This document shows, piece by piece, positions 63,185 to 64,000 of a DNA stretch of 64,000 nucleotides (the stretch's first letter is position 1; every line of letters begins with the position of its first letter). Under the pieces are notes generated by a model. That model saw nothing but the letters and a program-made list of their open reading frames with translations. It had not been told where the DNA came from and made no database searches. Position numbers and translations under genes: made by a program. The stretch comes from Candidatus Adlerbacteria bacterium. GTDB lineage: Bacteria > Patescibacteriota > Minisyncoccia > Phycocordibacterales > SBAW01. The DNA lies in NCBI GenBank assembly GCA_027451965.1, contig DAIDHJ010000001.1:356799-420798 (forward strand), given 5' to 3'.

Positions 63185-63235
63185 CGCGCACACACGAGCC
63201 CTCGGAAATTCGAGGGCTCTCTTCTTTAAAAATCA

Positions 63236-63631
63236 ATGTATAGTGTAAAGAACCGTATGCGAAATGCTTGGCAACAACTCTATGCTCCACTTATCGGACG
63301 CATCCTCATCGGCGGCTTTTTCCTGTGGAACGGCATTCAGGAGTCGCTTAACCTCTCCGTCACTATTGATTCGTTTGTCGGAGCACATATCACTCACGCC
63401 AGTATGTGGGCCCTCATTGCAGTATGGATTGAAATCCTTGGCGGTCTTGCGTTAGTGGTCGGATTCAAAACGCGTTTTGTCGCACTTATCATGGCCGTCT
63501 TTGTACTTCTCATTTCGACCCTCCTTGGTAAATTTGTGAGCGACGCCGAGATCACCTTCTTCCTCCAAAATATGGCTATTGTCGGCGGACTCTTCTATAT
63601 TTCCGCATTCGGTTCCGGATCCTGGGAATAA
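63236..63631 (+). CDS. DoxX-family membrane protein
   Basis: GRILIGGFFLWNGIQ DoxX signature, four TM helices. Terminator AAAAATCACCGC-loop-GCGGTGATTTTTG after stop. Confidence 0.7.
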   Translation: MYSVKNRMRNAWQQLYAPLIGRILIGGFFLWNGIQESLNLSVTIDSFVGAHITHASMWALIAVWIEILGGLALVVGFKTRFVALIMAVFVLLISTLLGKFVSDAEITFFLQNMAIVGGLFYISAFGSGSWE

Positions 63632-63661
63632 CAAAAATCACCGCCGAAGCGGTGATTTTTG

Positions 63662-64000
63662 TTACTGAGCGCTGGCAAGCGCCTTGCCGGCATCTGTCTT
63701 CTCCCAGCAGGGTGAAGAAGAAATCCAGGGCTGTGTACCTTGCTTTTCATAGAGGTACTGCGCATACGCGACGTTGCCTTGCAGTGTATTGAGATCGAAG
63801 CCGAGCTGTTTGGCCGTATCTCCCTGATAGTATTCGTTGATCTGCATCACGCCGAGATCGTCATGATTGATCTGACCGTGATATACCGAGCCGTCCGCGT
63901 TGTATTGATGGAAGTGCGACTCACACTCTGCAATGGAAACCATGATCGGCTCCTTTGCGAAGTAGTGCGCCACGTACTCCCGAACGGACTCAGCGGAAGG
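63662..64000 (-). CDS. SLT-domain lytic transglycosylase-like protein (partial; continues past window end)
   Basis: ECESHFHQY...GVMQINEYY resembles the E-S...GLMQI catalytic region of lysozyme-like SLT domains. The reading frame stays open to the window edge. Confidence 0.55.
   Translation of the reverse strand, partial: PSAESVREYVAHYFAKEPIMVSIAECESHFHQYNADGSVYHGQINHDDLGVMQINEYYQGDTAKQLGFDLNTLQGNVAYAQYLYEKQGTQPWISSSPCWEKTDAGKALASAQ

Noticed and set aside
62738-63243. Overlapping ORFs 62738-63079 (-) and 62755-63243 (+) in a GC-rich patch
   Set aside because: They overlap the internally duplicated membrane-protein gene 62783-63184, which has hydrophobic periodicity and a downstream terminator. 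The alternates are Arg/Pro-rich frames typical of GC-rich off-frame translation.

Overview
This 64-kb window is mostly a housekeeping region (~50% GC). Its features fit a reduced-genome bacterium, possibly Patescibacteria/CPR-like, though that lineage call is inference only.

Plus-strand gene order:
- tgt (5' partial), uvrB, uvrA, a short uvrC, ddl.
- A complete but minimal F1Fo ATP synthase operon, atpB-E-F-H-A-G-D-C.
- ychF, leuS, mltG, mnmA, udg, alaS (no C-Ala domain).
- A ribosomal cluster: infA-rpmJ-rpsM-rpsK-rpsD-rpoA-rplQ-rplM-rpsI.
- grpE-dnaK-dnaJ, trpS, an archaeal-type aspS, scpA-scpB.
- A dcw fragment (dacA-like, mraY, ftsW, murG), then gltX.

Six tRNAs are encoded. Three are tRNA-Ala isoacceptors covering all three anticodons. 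A minus-strand trio (Ala-CGC, Pro-CGG, Val-CAC) all carry C34.

Accessory content:
- A GGDEF protein.
- An SGNH lipoprotein.
- A secreted protein of extreme Tyr/Asn content.
- A monothiol glutaredoxin-like protein.
- A sigma70-region-4 plus HARE-HTH protein.
- A T4SS-pilin-like gene.
- An ATP-cone-Mrr nuclease next to a Cas4-like nuclease and a family-4 UDG.
- An M13 peptidase.

The last ~7 kb (57-64 kb) contains an AT-rich island, a noncoding region with consensus promoters and repeated palindromic hairpins, and a tandem array of paralogous small membrane proteins, each with its own terminator. It ends with DoxX and a partial SLT-like gene.

The most striking single feature is a NUDIX hydrolase domain embedded inside leuS, alongside an apparently shortened CP1 editing domain.

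No CRISPR array was seen.
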